DNA from: Blastocladiella emersonii ATCC 22665
Taxonomy: Eukaryota > Fungi > Blastocladiomycota
Direction of reading: 5' to 3'
DNA length: 64,000 bases
Assembly (NCBI GenBank): GCA_025594325.1
Contig: JANHCV010000008.1
Location: 1,737,507 to 1,801,506 of the forward strand
Position 1 is the stretch's first letter. The number at the start of each line of letters is the position of its first letter. Positions 21,827-32,793 of the stretch are shown here, piece after piece. The position numbers and the translations under genes are program-made. The notes beneath the pieces are model-generated. The model was given only the letters and a program-made list of their open reading frames with translations. It was not told the origin of the DNA and searched no databases.

Positions 21827-23808
21827 ATGCCCTCGGGCCTGGCCCAGCACTGGCTCAAGGCCGCCTTCTACCTCCTGCAGATTCAGCACTCCTTTTGCGT
21901 ATCCCAGGCCACTCTCCTCGTCGGCTCCACGCACAAGCACCTTCGCCGGCTCCAGTCCGCGCTCTCGTTCAACGCGTCGCGCACCGACAGCGCCGTCGAG
22001 CTCGACATCGACGACATGACGCCCGAGATCGAATTGGATTTCAACCGGATCCGGACAATGTACGCTCTTGCTCGCGTGCTCGACTCGTACCCGGAGCCGC
22101 GATAACTAACCTTCGTACGTGCGTCAGGGTGCTCAACTGGGGTACCATCAACATCGACGGACGCAAGGCGGAGCAGCGCATGTTCATCTGGTTCCCGCAC
22201 TGGATCAACGTCTTCTACCCCGAGCTCGCCGGCACCATGCTCAACTTCAAGCAGCTCATGTTCAAGTCGGCACCCTCGCCGACTGCTTCCAGCCCGGCCG
22301 AGAACCGCCTTCCGTTCCTCGTCCATCTCGACACGGACCATCTGTGGGCCGCCGCGTTCATCTTCTCGTACACCAACCTGGGCACGTTCATCCAGCACCA
22401 GCAGCTGCTCGAGCGCGCCACGACCGCCTACCACCTCGCGTGCGCCAACTTCCGCCCCGATCCGGAGGTGGTCAAGGGCACCACGGGCCTCATGAACGCG
22501 CACCGTGCCTCGCTCCTGCGCGCTGCCCGCGAGCACAACGTGGCCCTCGCCGCGGCTGGCGGCGCCGAGCCCGCCGAGATGATTGCCCGCGGTGCGGCTC
22601 GCCTCATCGAGTCGGACACGGACAACGAGCTGTCGCTCAAGCACCTGCAGCCCGGCCGCCGTTCGGCCGTCTGGTGGAGACACGCTCCCAAGACCGTTAT
22701 CACCAACCTGCGCGCCATCCTGATCACCAAGCCGCAGTACGGCGACGATACCCTCGTCAAGAGCCTGGCTGTCACCGCCAACGGGCGCCGGGTCGCGTTC
22801 CCGATCCCCGCATGGACGGGCACGTCCAGCTACATGCCGCACACGCAGCACGTCAAGTTCATGGAGTACATTGTGCGGGCGCAGCCGCCCATGTTTTTCG
22901 TTACCATCAACGATAACTCCAAGCAGCTCGACACGCACTTTCGCGACACGCGCGGGCTCACGGACAAGGACCGCAAGTGGACTTCCGACGACCGCCTGCA
23001 GACGGTCCCTGTGTTTTCGCGGTTCTCGGCTGCCGTTCGCAACGCCGACGGCACACGTTCGACCAAGACCCTCGCCGTCTCGCAGTCGCACTTTGTCCGC
23101 AAGTACGTGCGGTCGGAGACCGAGCGTTTCGAGATTCGCCACCGCGTCGCGTCCGACTTTGCCGAGATGATCGCTCGCAGCAAGATGCACGGCGTGTCGA
23201 TTGAGCGGTGGAACGCTGCGGCGCAGACCGCTCGGGACCTCGGCGCGCACCCCACGCAGCAGACCATGATCCAGACCAGCGGCACGCCCGTCACGCTCAA
23301 CGAGATCGACGTGGCCATGGCCATCGCCACCCGCACCACGCTCACCAACACGGCCGCCGTGCTCGCCCGCCGTCGCGTCGTGCAGCAGCAGCAGCTCAAC
23401 ACGCCGTTCCAGGGCTCCAAGCTCAACCCGGTGTACGCGGCGATGTACGTCGGCGATGACGATGCCGACGTCGGCCCGCTGCCAGCGGCGGGGCTCGACT
23501 CGCACCTGGTCCAGGACAGCTACCCGCCCAAGCACAGCACCTACATGAGCTACTCGGCGCGCCTGGTGTCCATGCACTCGTCCATCATCCACAACGACGG
23601 CCGCCTCGTCCTCCTCGAGGCTGACGCCAAGGGCGAGGTCTACCAGTTCGTCCGGCCGGACGCGCTGATCAACTGCGAGCCGAGCTCGCTGGAGCACTGG
23701 AAGCCGCTGCACCCTCTCCGCACCGTGAGTACTCACTCCGATGGCCCGTACTTTGGGGCCAACAAGGAGATTCTCAAACTTCTCCCCGTCTACGATAACT
23801 CCGATTAG
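21827..23808 (+). CDS. Unknown protein of about 637 aa; either a separate gene or the cytoplasmic half of paralogue B
   Basis: GCCACCATG at 21827. Intron 22060-22127 (GTACGC...CTAAC...CAG) joins it in frame to the long ORF ending at 23808. Strong codon bias, no recognisable domain. Confidence 0.75.
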
Positions 23809-26800
23809 GTAGCGCTCGCCTACCTCCCCCTTTTCTACCCTTTGCTTTACTTTCCGTTTTGCGTTTTCGTCACCAAAAAAAACCAACGAAACCCGAAAAA
23901 AAGCTTCGACCAGCCGTGTGCGCACCCTCGCGCGCACGCGCCCATCTCGGCCCGCGGCCGCCGCGACCTCGTGTCGTGTCATTGCCGGCGCGCCCCGTGC
24001 CGCGCCCGCCGACACCGAGTTCCGGCCCGACCCAGATCGCGCGACACGTACTCGGCGCTCCTCGTGTCGGGCAGGCACCCGGCCGCCGGTCGCCGTGGTC
24101 CCGAGCACCTGCTCGGCTCGCTCGCAGGCACGCGACCGCGTCACCGGCACGGCCATCGACGCCAGCTCAACGTCGATTCCTCGGCCTCGGCTCCGAGCAA
24201 CGGCGAGCCGTCGCGCGACGACCATCTTCTCGCGCTGCACGGCCGCCACCCGCTACTACACGAACGACTCGCATCGTCTCTATCATCGGCCGCAGACCAA
24301 GATTGCGCTCGTCCCGATCGAGTCGTCGTAGCACCCGCACCGACCGCGTCTCGTACACACACGCACGGCATGGCCCCCGCCGTCCGCGACTCGGTGCCCC
24401 AAGGCCAGCAAGCAGCTCAAGTCGTCCCGGCCATCCTGCGAGGGTACGACGGCGAGCACTCGGCCAAACTCAACAACGTCCACGACCCACTGGTACGGAC
24501 GGCATCGGTGCATTGCCCACTCGCTCCCATGGCCTCGACCCCCGTACATCCGTACTTTTGGGTGGTCGGGCGAGAGCGGCGGATCCGTGGACGCCGCCAA
24601 AGCTCTCGGAGTGGCCCCGAACGCATACGTTCACATGCACCGATGCCGATCCAGTGGGAAAATTGTCGTCGATCTCGCACGCGCGCGTCATCCGGCCCCA
24701 AGCGCGCCGACTATCTCGACGATTTTCGCCGCCACGCTCAACTACGGCGGCGGTACCTACAAGCTCACGCTCACGCTCACGCTCACGGCCAGGTCGACCG
24801 ACGGCCCGATACCGCGAGAGATCGTCTCGCAGCTCACGTCCCGGCCTCGACTACCTCGTGCCACGCGTACACGGGCTCGCGCACCACCAGGGCTACCAGT
24901 ACCGGCAGTACCACCAGTACCAGCTCCTCGAGAGTCGCGACCCGCCACACCACACCACACCGAGATCCAGGCCTCTTGGTACGGATCTCGCGCTGCTGCT
25001 GATACCCGCCTTGGCGGACACGGCCAGCTGACTCGTCGCGTCGCGTCGCCCGTGTAGAGTGCATTCCGCACCTCGACGCCCGTGTGTTTGTTCTTTTTGA
25101 TTTTTGACCCATCCGCGGCCGCACCCGGTTCCACCACATCACCCACCCACGGTACACGGCAACCGGCCGGCCAGCCACGTCGCGGCGCGCTTCCGCGTCC
25201 CCATGCAGATCATCATGGTCACGCGTATTCCCGCCACGACTGACTATTGACTCGGTCGACCTGATCAACGACACGACCGAGCGAGCCCCCGCGCCGACTC
25301 GCCGCAGGCGTCCACTACCGCGACCGCCGCGCGCGAGTCCTTTTGCCGTACATCCGCGCGCTTTTCTCAAGGCGCCGGCATCTGCCTGTTCTTCACGTTC
25401 ACAATCATGTCCGTCTCGCTCGCCGAGACCGCGCGCCCAGTACCCGCGCACTACCACGACGGTCATGGCCACGTTCGCGTCTTTCTAAGGACGCGTTCCG
25501 CAGCTGCGACGACCTGTCGCCGCCCGGCCACGACCGGCCACCCACCCCAAGTCCGCCGCACCTGCTCGCCACCTCGTTCCTCGGCCAGTACCTGTACCTG
25601 TACTCGTACCAGGAGCAGTTCGGCGGTACTTCTCGTCCATCCATCCATCCAGATCATCGCGCCGGACGACGCGCTCACGCCCCTACACGCTTTCTCTCGC
25701 GTGTCGACCACCCAGCGTCACTCGCTTGAGATTGCGTCCCGCCGCCCGCTGCCACAGCCGCACTCGTGCCCTTTCTCGAGTCGGCCGGCCCGCGCGGGGC
25801 GCCGCTACCGGTCCCTTTTCTCGCACGTCCTTGTCAGCCAGGCTCGCTGGCCAGACGGGCGACGACACCGGTCGCGCGATACGACCGACCATCACCACCA
25901 CCAGGTCACGATCCCGATCCCGCGCGCGAGTCGACGGCACCAGCAGCGCCGCCACGACCCGCGGTTCGCTCGCTCGCCCATCGCCTCCTCGCACCCGATC
26001 CTGTCGCGGGATCCACACACGCGCGCGTCCGACGCGCGGCCGCCCCACGTTTGCCGCCGCTGCCGTCGCGACCGCCACGGCCGCCATCGAGTACCACCGA
26101 CCTCGCGCCAGATCACGCAGCTCGACTCGATCGCCCCACCACTACCAGCACCTCCGGCACGCGCGGGTCCGACGGCTTCCGCGCGAGACCACGCCCCACA
26201 GACGGGCAAGGGACGGTGAGGAAGAGGGGTCCGGGTTGCCGTGTCGCCTGCACCCCGCAGGCCGACGGGCGCCCGCTCCCCACGCTTCCTCGCTGTCCCG
26301 GTCTCGCAACGTCGCTGTCACCGACCACAGTGGCCCGCGCGCCGGCGTGCCCGACCGGCTCTACCGCGTGGACCGAGGCGCGGCGACGCACCCGACCCTT
26401 TTCTGCGTCGCCGCCACGCCTCCTCCTCGGTCCCGACCCTCAAGCAGCTCGCGCGAGAGACGACGACCTCGAGGGCTCCCAGTCCGAGTTCTCGAGTACC
26501 TTCTCCTCGCCCCAGCTGTACGCGGTCCAGCCCGTCACGGTTAGCTACGACGTCCCGACATCCGCCGTCGCGCGCTGAGAGGCCGCAGCGAGTACGACCC
26601 CAACGCGCTCGCTCCGCGGCCTGCTCCTCAAGTCAAGTCAAGCGCGCCGCGACGGCGGTTCCCTCGGCACGTCGCCTCGGGTAGCGGGTACCGCACTTGC
26701 TCGCGTACGCGTGTGTGTGGGTGGTTCACTCGAGCCGCTCGCCGCCGCCGCGAGCATTTCGCGCGTGCTACTGCCCGGGGACCCCGCCATCCAGGTCCAG

Positions 26801-27350
26801 TCGCAGGCTGCCACCGCCGGCAGCCTTGACGGCTCACCTCGGAAGGCACCACCACCACCAGCTCATCGACACCACTACAACCACGGTGAGCGGCCAGCAG
26901 AGCGTGTCGCGGGCCAATAGTGCCCGGCACGCACAGCGGCCGCAAGTATTCCGGTTCGACCACGGCGGCCCTTGCGGCGCGTTCCCTCGCGGGGGCGCCG
27001 CGGCCGCCGTCCACACGGGTCCCCTTCCGCCGACAGCCGCGCCAAGGAGCGTGGCCCCACCGCCGCGCCGCTCGCCAAGAGTGCGAGTGTGTGTCGCGGT
27101 GGTGCGACCGAGCGGATCGCGACCGGGGTCGGACCGGCGCCTCAGCGCCGCACGCCACGAGGGCCTCTTCGAGGTCATATTCGGGCGTGCGGGCGAGGCA
27201 AGAAAAAAAAAAGTCCCGCGTTTGATGCGCGAGCGTGCGTGGCCCGGTGTCGCGCCTGGCCCGTGAGAGGCCGGTGCTGCGAACCGGTTGACCCGCGCTC
27301 TGCAGCAGAGCGCGGGGCACAAGACCAGTGGGTTCGGCCGCGCGCAAAGC

Positions 27351-27802
27351 GTACGTCCTCGGCACTCTCGCGCGTATCGACGATCGATCTCCGTGACTAA
27401 CCCGCGCGCGTGTGTCTGTTCCGTGTAGGCCCGGCCCAAGCCCCTGGCCCCTCGCGCAAGGCGCGAGGTGGTTGGCCGCAGAGACCCGCGCCCTGTTGAG
27501 GTGCGCGGTAGCGGCAGAGCACGCCCCGCGCAGTAAGCGTACGTCTTCTCCTGCTTCTCGGCCTCCCTCGCGTGATCCGGATGACTGACTCGTTCGTGCT
27601 CGCACCGTGTAGGCCGGAGGCCGGTTCTTGGCCACTCGTTCAGGCGAGGTTGGCCAGCCGCGCGATGTCCGTGCGTGCCCCGATGGGTGCGCGTGGCCGC
27701 GACGGCGTCGACCCTGATCCGCACACGCTGTGTATGTTCTCCCTCTGTTCTTTCGCTCATGTATCGTTGCCCCGTTGACTGACCTGATCCGCGCGCGTGT
27801 AG
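27351..27802 (+). other. Three tandem degenerate exon-intron modules of about 190 bp (right-arm copy)
   Basis: Intron-like segments 27351-27428, 27539-27612 and 27732-27802 have GTACGT/GTATGT donors and CTAAC/CTGAC branch sites. All end CGTGTAG and are followed by GCC(C)GG. The exons between them resemble each other (WPLAQ.ARWLA / WPLVQ.ARLA). Confidence 0.45.
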
Positions 27803-28635
27803 GCCGGTCGGTTCATCAACACTCAAGCATCGACAACCCCAAGCATCAACAACTTCGAGCTCAACACCCTCAACACCCTCGACACTCAACCTGCTCGGTC
27901 AGCGCGCCCGCCTCGTACCCGCATCCCATCCACACCCGCACCACCACCACCGGCACCGGCACCACTTCGAGCTCGACTGCAACTGCAACCACGCTTCCGC
28001 AAGTTCAACCTCACCACCACCACCACCACCACCGCAACAGCTCGAGTGCAAGAACGACATCATCACCATCATCAACACCGTGCCGGTGCTGGGCGCGCTG
28101 ACCGAGGACCGTGCTCTCCTCCCCTCCCTACCTTCCTCCACTTGATGTTCCCCTTCCCATGTCTCCTCACCCGCCTCCTTTTCTCTTGCTCCCCCTCGAC
28201 TCCCCTTTGCTCGTACTCGTTCCCCTTCGATTCCCAACTCTCCCCTCTCCGCTCGCCCGTGTTTTGGTTTCCCTGTTCTTGACTTGTTCCATGGAATTGT
28301 ACTGGAGCCATTGTGGCGCTCCCTTCTGACCTTCACATCAATGCCCGCAGCAGCGACACTTGTCGAGTACAGAGGACATGAGCAGCGAAGACGCGTCGCG
28401 CCACCCGCGTGGACTTGAAACCTTCAACGGCCCTTTTCCTCACGAACACCAGCGTCCCCGTCGAGATCAAGTGGTAACCTTGGCTTCGCCGGAAGCGGAG
28501 TACCAGCGCCACCCTCAGCCGGCCCGTGTAATCCATTCCTGCCCCCCACAATGCTTGCATCGAAGGGGACCAAACCGAGTCGTCACGGGAAGAGTGTATA
28601 TAAGCTAACCAGCGCCGCCCAGCACGATCGGAACC

Positions 28636-29394
28636 TCAGGCAAAGCTGACCGAGGTCATCTCGTGCGGCAGGTGCGACCCGTCGACCGTGGTCACGGTCA
28701 CGGACTGGCCGTCGGCGCCCGTCGTCGTCTGGCTCGAGGTCGACTGCCAGTTGCCGCCGCCGCCGCCGCCGAACGCGGCCGAGTGGTCGGTCGAGGTCGC
28801 CTGAGCGGGACCGGCGGACGCGACAAAGGCGTCGCCGCCGAACCCGGAGCCGAGCGTGAACACGTCGCCGTGGTTGCCCGTCGAGGAAGTGTGGAACGCG
28901 TCCGTGTTGCCCGTTGCGGTGGGCCAGCATGCGTCGTGCGAGTTGGCGTTCCAAGTGCCGTATCCGCTGGCCGAGTCGTGGGCCGGGAACGAGGACGACG
29001 TGTCATGGTGCGAGGAGCCCGTCGAGGGCCATCCCGCGTAGTCGCTGCCGAAGGCGGTGGCCCCGTGGCCGTCAAACTGGCCCTGCTGCTGGTGGTGACC
29101 GACGGGCACGCCGTTGACGAGGGTCGTGGTGTGGGTCTCGCCGTTGGATAGCGTCGTGGACGCGGTCGACATGGACGAGGAAGAGCTCGCGGCGGGGGCC
29201 GAGAAGGCAGTGGTGGTGGCGGGACCAGGTGCGGCGACGGCACCGTGTGCCTGCTGCTGCTGCGCCTGCTGCTGGGACTGAGCCAGCTGCGACTGGAGCT
29301 GCGACAGGAGCTGCGCGACGTCGGCCGGCGCGCCCGCGGCCATCTGCGTCTGCGACTGGACGGCGGCGGTGCTGGCAAAGTTGGCGACGGACAT
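28636..29394 (-). CDS. Hypothetical Q/S/T/G-rich disordered protein (right-arm copy)
   Basis: Translation identical to 7609-8367. Confidence 0.65.
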   Translation of the reverse strand: MSVANFASTAAVQSQTQMAAGAPADVAQLLSQLQSQLAQSQQQAQQQQAHGAVAAPGPATTTAFSAPAASSSSSMSTASTTLSNGETHTTTLVNGVPVGHHQQQGQFDGHGATAFGSDYAGWPSTGSSHHDTSSSFPAHDSASGYGTWNANSHDACWPTATGNTDAFHTSSTGNHGDVFTLGSGFGGDAFVASAGPAQATSTDHSAAFGGGGGGNWQSTSSQTTTGADGQSVTVTTVDGSHLPHEMTSVSFA

Positions 29395-30082
29395 GGTGGT
29401 CTGGGAGCGGTTGATCGAGTAGCGAGCGCGCGTGCAGGCAGCGGCGGGGACGCCGGGCCCTTATACATCTCCGACGCGAGCGGTGGGCAGTGGAGGCGAG
29501 GCGGGTCCGGAAATAGTCGTCGCCGCGTCGTTCACCGAGGGCGACGGCGGCACCCGAAACCCGCGCGCCCTGGATCCCGACGGCGGCCTGCGGTACAGCA
29601 GCTGCGGTCCGGAGCGCGGTCGAATCGGCACGGGCTGGGCGTCGCCGGGCCGGCCGAGGCGGGCGAGTGGACGCGACGTCGCGGTCGCTGCGGCGCACGG
29701 TGAGACCGGCCGAGTCAGCGATGGATCCCCGAACGCCAGGCCCACCACCATCCACCGTCTGCGATACGGCGCGGCACGGTTCTTGAGACGAGGGCCGCGC
29801 GCGGGTGGCGGTGCGGCGTCGACGGTGAGACCGCCGCCGTCACGGCCGCGAGTCCACCATCGCGACGCCGCCCGTCCGTTCATTCGTGTTCATGAGGTCG
29901 ATTGCATGTCACGGCCGAAAAGCGAGAGAGAGCGGCGGTCGCACGGGAGAGCGTGAGAGCGGGCCGCCCTGCGTCGTCGTCCACAGCGACGTCGTCGCTT
30001 CCCTCATCCTCTCCCCCTTCCAACAACACCACCCGCCCATGTATACTCGCTGCAACGACGACGCGGCGCCGACACGACAACC

Positions 30083-30850
30083 ATGACATCGACGCTGCCG
30101 CGCCTCCCGTCCTTTGCTGCGCCCGGCGTGCCGCAGCCGGCCCTCGCGGCGACGGCGAACGGCCCCACCCCAACAACAGCCGTCGCGTCCGCATCGGCCG
30201 ACGACTTTGTGTTCGACTTTGAAGAGTTTGTCGCGTCGGACCTCGGGATCGCGCTCGTGCCGACGCGGCCGCCGCCGTGCCGGTCGTACGTGCGCGGGCA
30301 GACGTGCGCGCTCGGCGTGCGCTGCCCGTTCCGGCACCCGCCGCCGTCGCGCAAGGTGGTGTGCAAGCACTGGCTGCGCGGCCTGTGCAAGAAGAGCGAC
30401 GCGTGCGAGTTCCTGCACGAGTACAACCTGCGCAAGATGCCCGAGTGCTGGTTCTTTGCAAAGTACGGCGAGTGCTCGAACCCCGAGTGCGAGTACCGCC
30501 ACGTCGACCCGAGCTCCAAGGTGCGCGAGTGCCCGTGGTTCGCGCGCGGCTTCTGCCGCCACGGCCCGAGCTGCAAGAACAAGCACATCAAGAAGACGCC
30601 GTGCCTGCTGTACCTGGCCGGCTTCTGCCCGTACGGCAAGGCGTGCGCCAACGGCCACCCCAAGTTTGAGGTCCCGACGGTCGACGACGACGAGTTCCAC
30701 CACGGCAGTGGTTCCGGGCCCTTTGGCGGCGGCGGTCCTGGTGCGGGCGACGACAATAGCAACGGCCGCCTCGACCACATTGGTGCACCCCCTCTCTCGT
30801 TGCGCTCTTCCTTCATCCCTGGACTGACACCCTCGCTCCCACACGTATAG
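30083..30850 (+). CDS. YTH1: Yth1/CPSF30 (right-arm copy)
   Basis: Translation identical to 6153-6920; five CCCH fingers. Confidence 0.95.
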   Translation: MTSTLPRLPSFAAPGVPQPALAATANGPTPTTAVASASADDFVFDFEEFVASDLGIALVPTRPPPCRSYVRGQTCALGVRCPFRHPPPSRKVVCKHWLRGLCKKSDACEFLHEYNLRKMPECWFFAKYGECSNPECEYRHVDPSSKVRECPWFARGFCRHGPSCKNKHIKKTPCLLYLAGFCPYGKACANGHPKFEVPTVDDDEFHHGSGSGPFGGGGPGAGDDNSNGRLDHIGAPPLSLRSSFIPGLTPSLPHV

Positions 30851-31114
30851 TCTGCTTCCGCTGCGGCCGCAAGGGCCACTTTGCCAACTTCTGCCCCATG
30901 GGCCGCGCGCGACCGCCGCAGTAGTAGCCTCTGCGTCTCGGCCACGTCGACTGATGAATATACAACCATACCCGTCCAGACATGCATCGCTTTCAGGGTG
31001 AGGTTGCGGTGAACGGGCGAGAAGAGGTGAGCGACGCGCCGACCGTGGCCGCCCTCCAGCTCCCATCGCCGCTCCCTCCCCTCGAAGATCCCCCCTCACA
31101 ACTCTCACAACTCG

Positions 31115-32793
31115 ATGCAACCTTCAATGGAAAACGTGGACATGAACCAGGCGATGCCGCCGCTGCACCTCGGCGTCATCTTCCCGCTCAAGAAGCGCGC
31201 GCAGTCGGGCTTCGACGGCCTCGCCGAGCACGCCGCGTACGCTGCCCGTCCGCTTTCTCGGAGCCAGCACCAACTAACAGCGACGACGCCACCAGCGCCA
31301 AGCACAACATGCGCGTCACGTTCATCTCGCTCGAGCGGCCCATTGCCGAGCAGGGCGCCTTTGACGTGATCCTGCACAAGCTCAGCGAGACGTTTCTCGG
31401 CTTCACGGCGGGCGACCCCGATGCGACGGCGCACTGGGACCGCGTCGTGGCGTACCGCGCGGCGCACCCGCGCGTGCCGTTCATGGACCCGGTCGAGTCG
31501 CTGGTCCCGCTGCAGAGCCGCGAGCGCATGGCCGAGGCCCTCGCCGCCGTCGTGGCCGGGGACAGCGAGGGTGTCTTGGCGCTACCCCGCACGCTCGCTG
31601 CGACGACGCTCGCGGCAGCTACGGCCGAGCTGTCCGCGTCGTCACCCAGTGGTACGGGTACGGGCCCGTTCCCGCTCATCGTCAAGCGCGACGAGGCGTG
31701 CTCGAGCCACGCGTCGCACGTCATGGCGGTCGTTGCCGGACCTGCCCAGTGGGCGGCGCTCGTGGCGGGCGGACCCTTTGACTCCGACGAGCAGGTCACG
31801 ATCCAGCAGCTGGTTCCGCACGGCGGCGTGCTGTACAAGGTGTACGCCCTGGGTCCCGACCGTCCCCATGTGCTGCTCCGCCCTTCGCTCAAGGACCGCT
31901 GGGAGGACATCGGTACGTCATTTCAGTCTCGTGAACCACAGTCCGCTCACTCATATCTCGTGCGTCCACCAGGCGAGCCGCTCGTGTTCGACTCGCAGCG
32001 CATCCCCAAGGCGTTCCCCGAGTCCACCAACGGATCAACCATGGGCTCCGTACAGGCTGCGTTCCTGTCGGCGACCGCCGAGGACCGCGCAGAGACGGCG
32101 CGGCGGCTCGACTCGGACGGGATCCGCGCCCAGCTCGCGGCGCTCACCAAGCGGATCGCCAGCACCATGGTACGCGTTCCGCTCTCTCTCAGACCTGGAT
32201 CGTTCACCCCCTCACTCGTAACCAACAGAACCTGACCCTGTTCGGCTTCGACGCCGTGTACCACGCGGCCGAGCGGCGGCTGTACCTCGTCGACGTCAAC
32301 TACTTTCCCAGCTTCCAGGGCGTGGGCGGCGGGTACCAGGACACGTTGCTGGGCCTCGTCCGCGCGCGGTGGGAGCAGTCTCTGGCTCGTGCCGAGAACG
32401 GTTCCGGTACGTCGCGCACAAGGTTTACGACGCGCTGGTCACTCAACTCACTCACTCACGCCCCACTGCCTTTCCCCTCTCTCGCGAGCAGATCACCACC
32501 CGCAACAACAAGAGCAAGAGCAGCAGCAGCACCACATCACGCTTCCCGCCATGGATCACCACCACCACGAGCAGCAGCCCAAGGAGCGCGTCGCTGCCGC
32601 CGCCACCCCGAGCGAGCACGACCACACAACCGCCGATCCGCTCTGCCTCGTGTGCCACAAGGCACCCATCGAGTACGGCGGGTCCGTGTGCCGGTGCCCG
32701 ACGCTGTGCAAGCGGTGCGCGATGCGGCAGGCCACGGGCGGCAAGTGCAAGTCGTGCGGCGTGCTGTTCGGCGACCTCAAGCGCGTCGACTAG
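31115..32793 (+). CDS. ITPK1: ITPK1 with predicted C-terminal RING-like Zn finger (right-arm copy, 471 aa)
   Basis: Exons 31115-31236, 31296-31912, 31973-32169, 32229-32406 and 32492-32793 sum to 1416 nt with no internal stop. All four introns are GT-AG. ITPK motifs as in the left copy. Confidence 0.85.

Noticed and set aside
21883-24249. 788-aa minus-strand ORF and other long overlapping ORFs (e.g. 38331-40241, 14313-15929, 669-1580)
   Set aside because: These are antisense or alternative-frame shadows of GC3-biased genes, with R/G/V-rich composition and no motifs.
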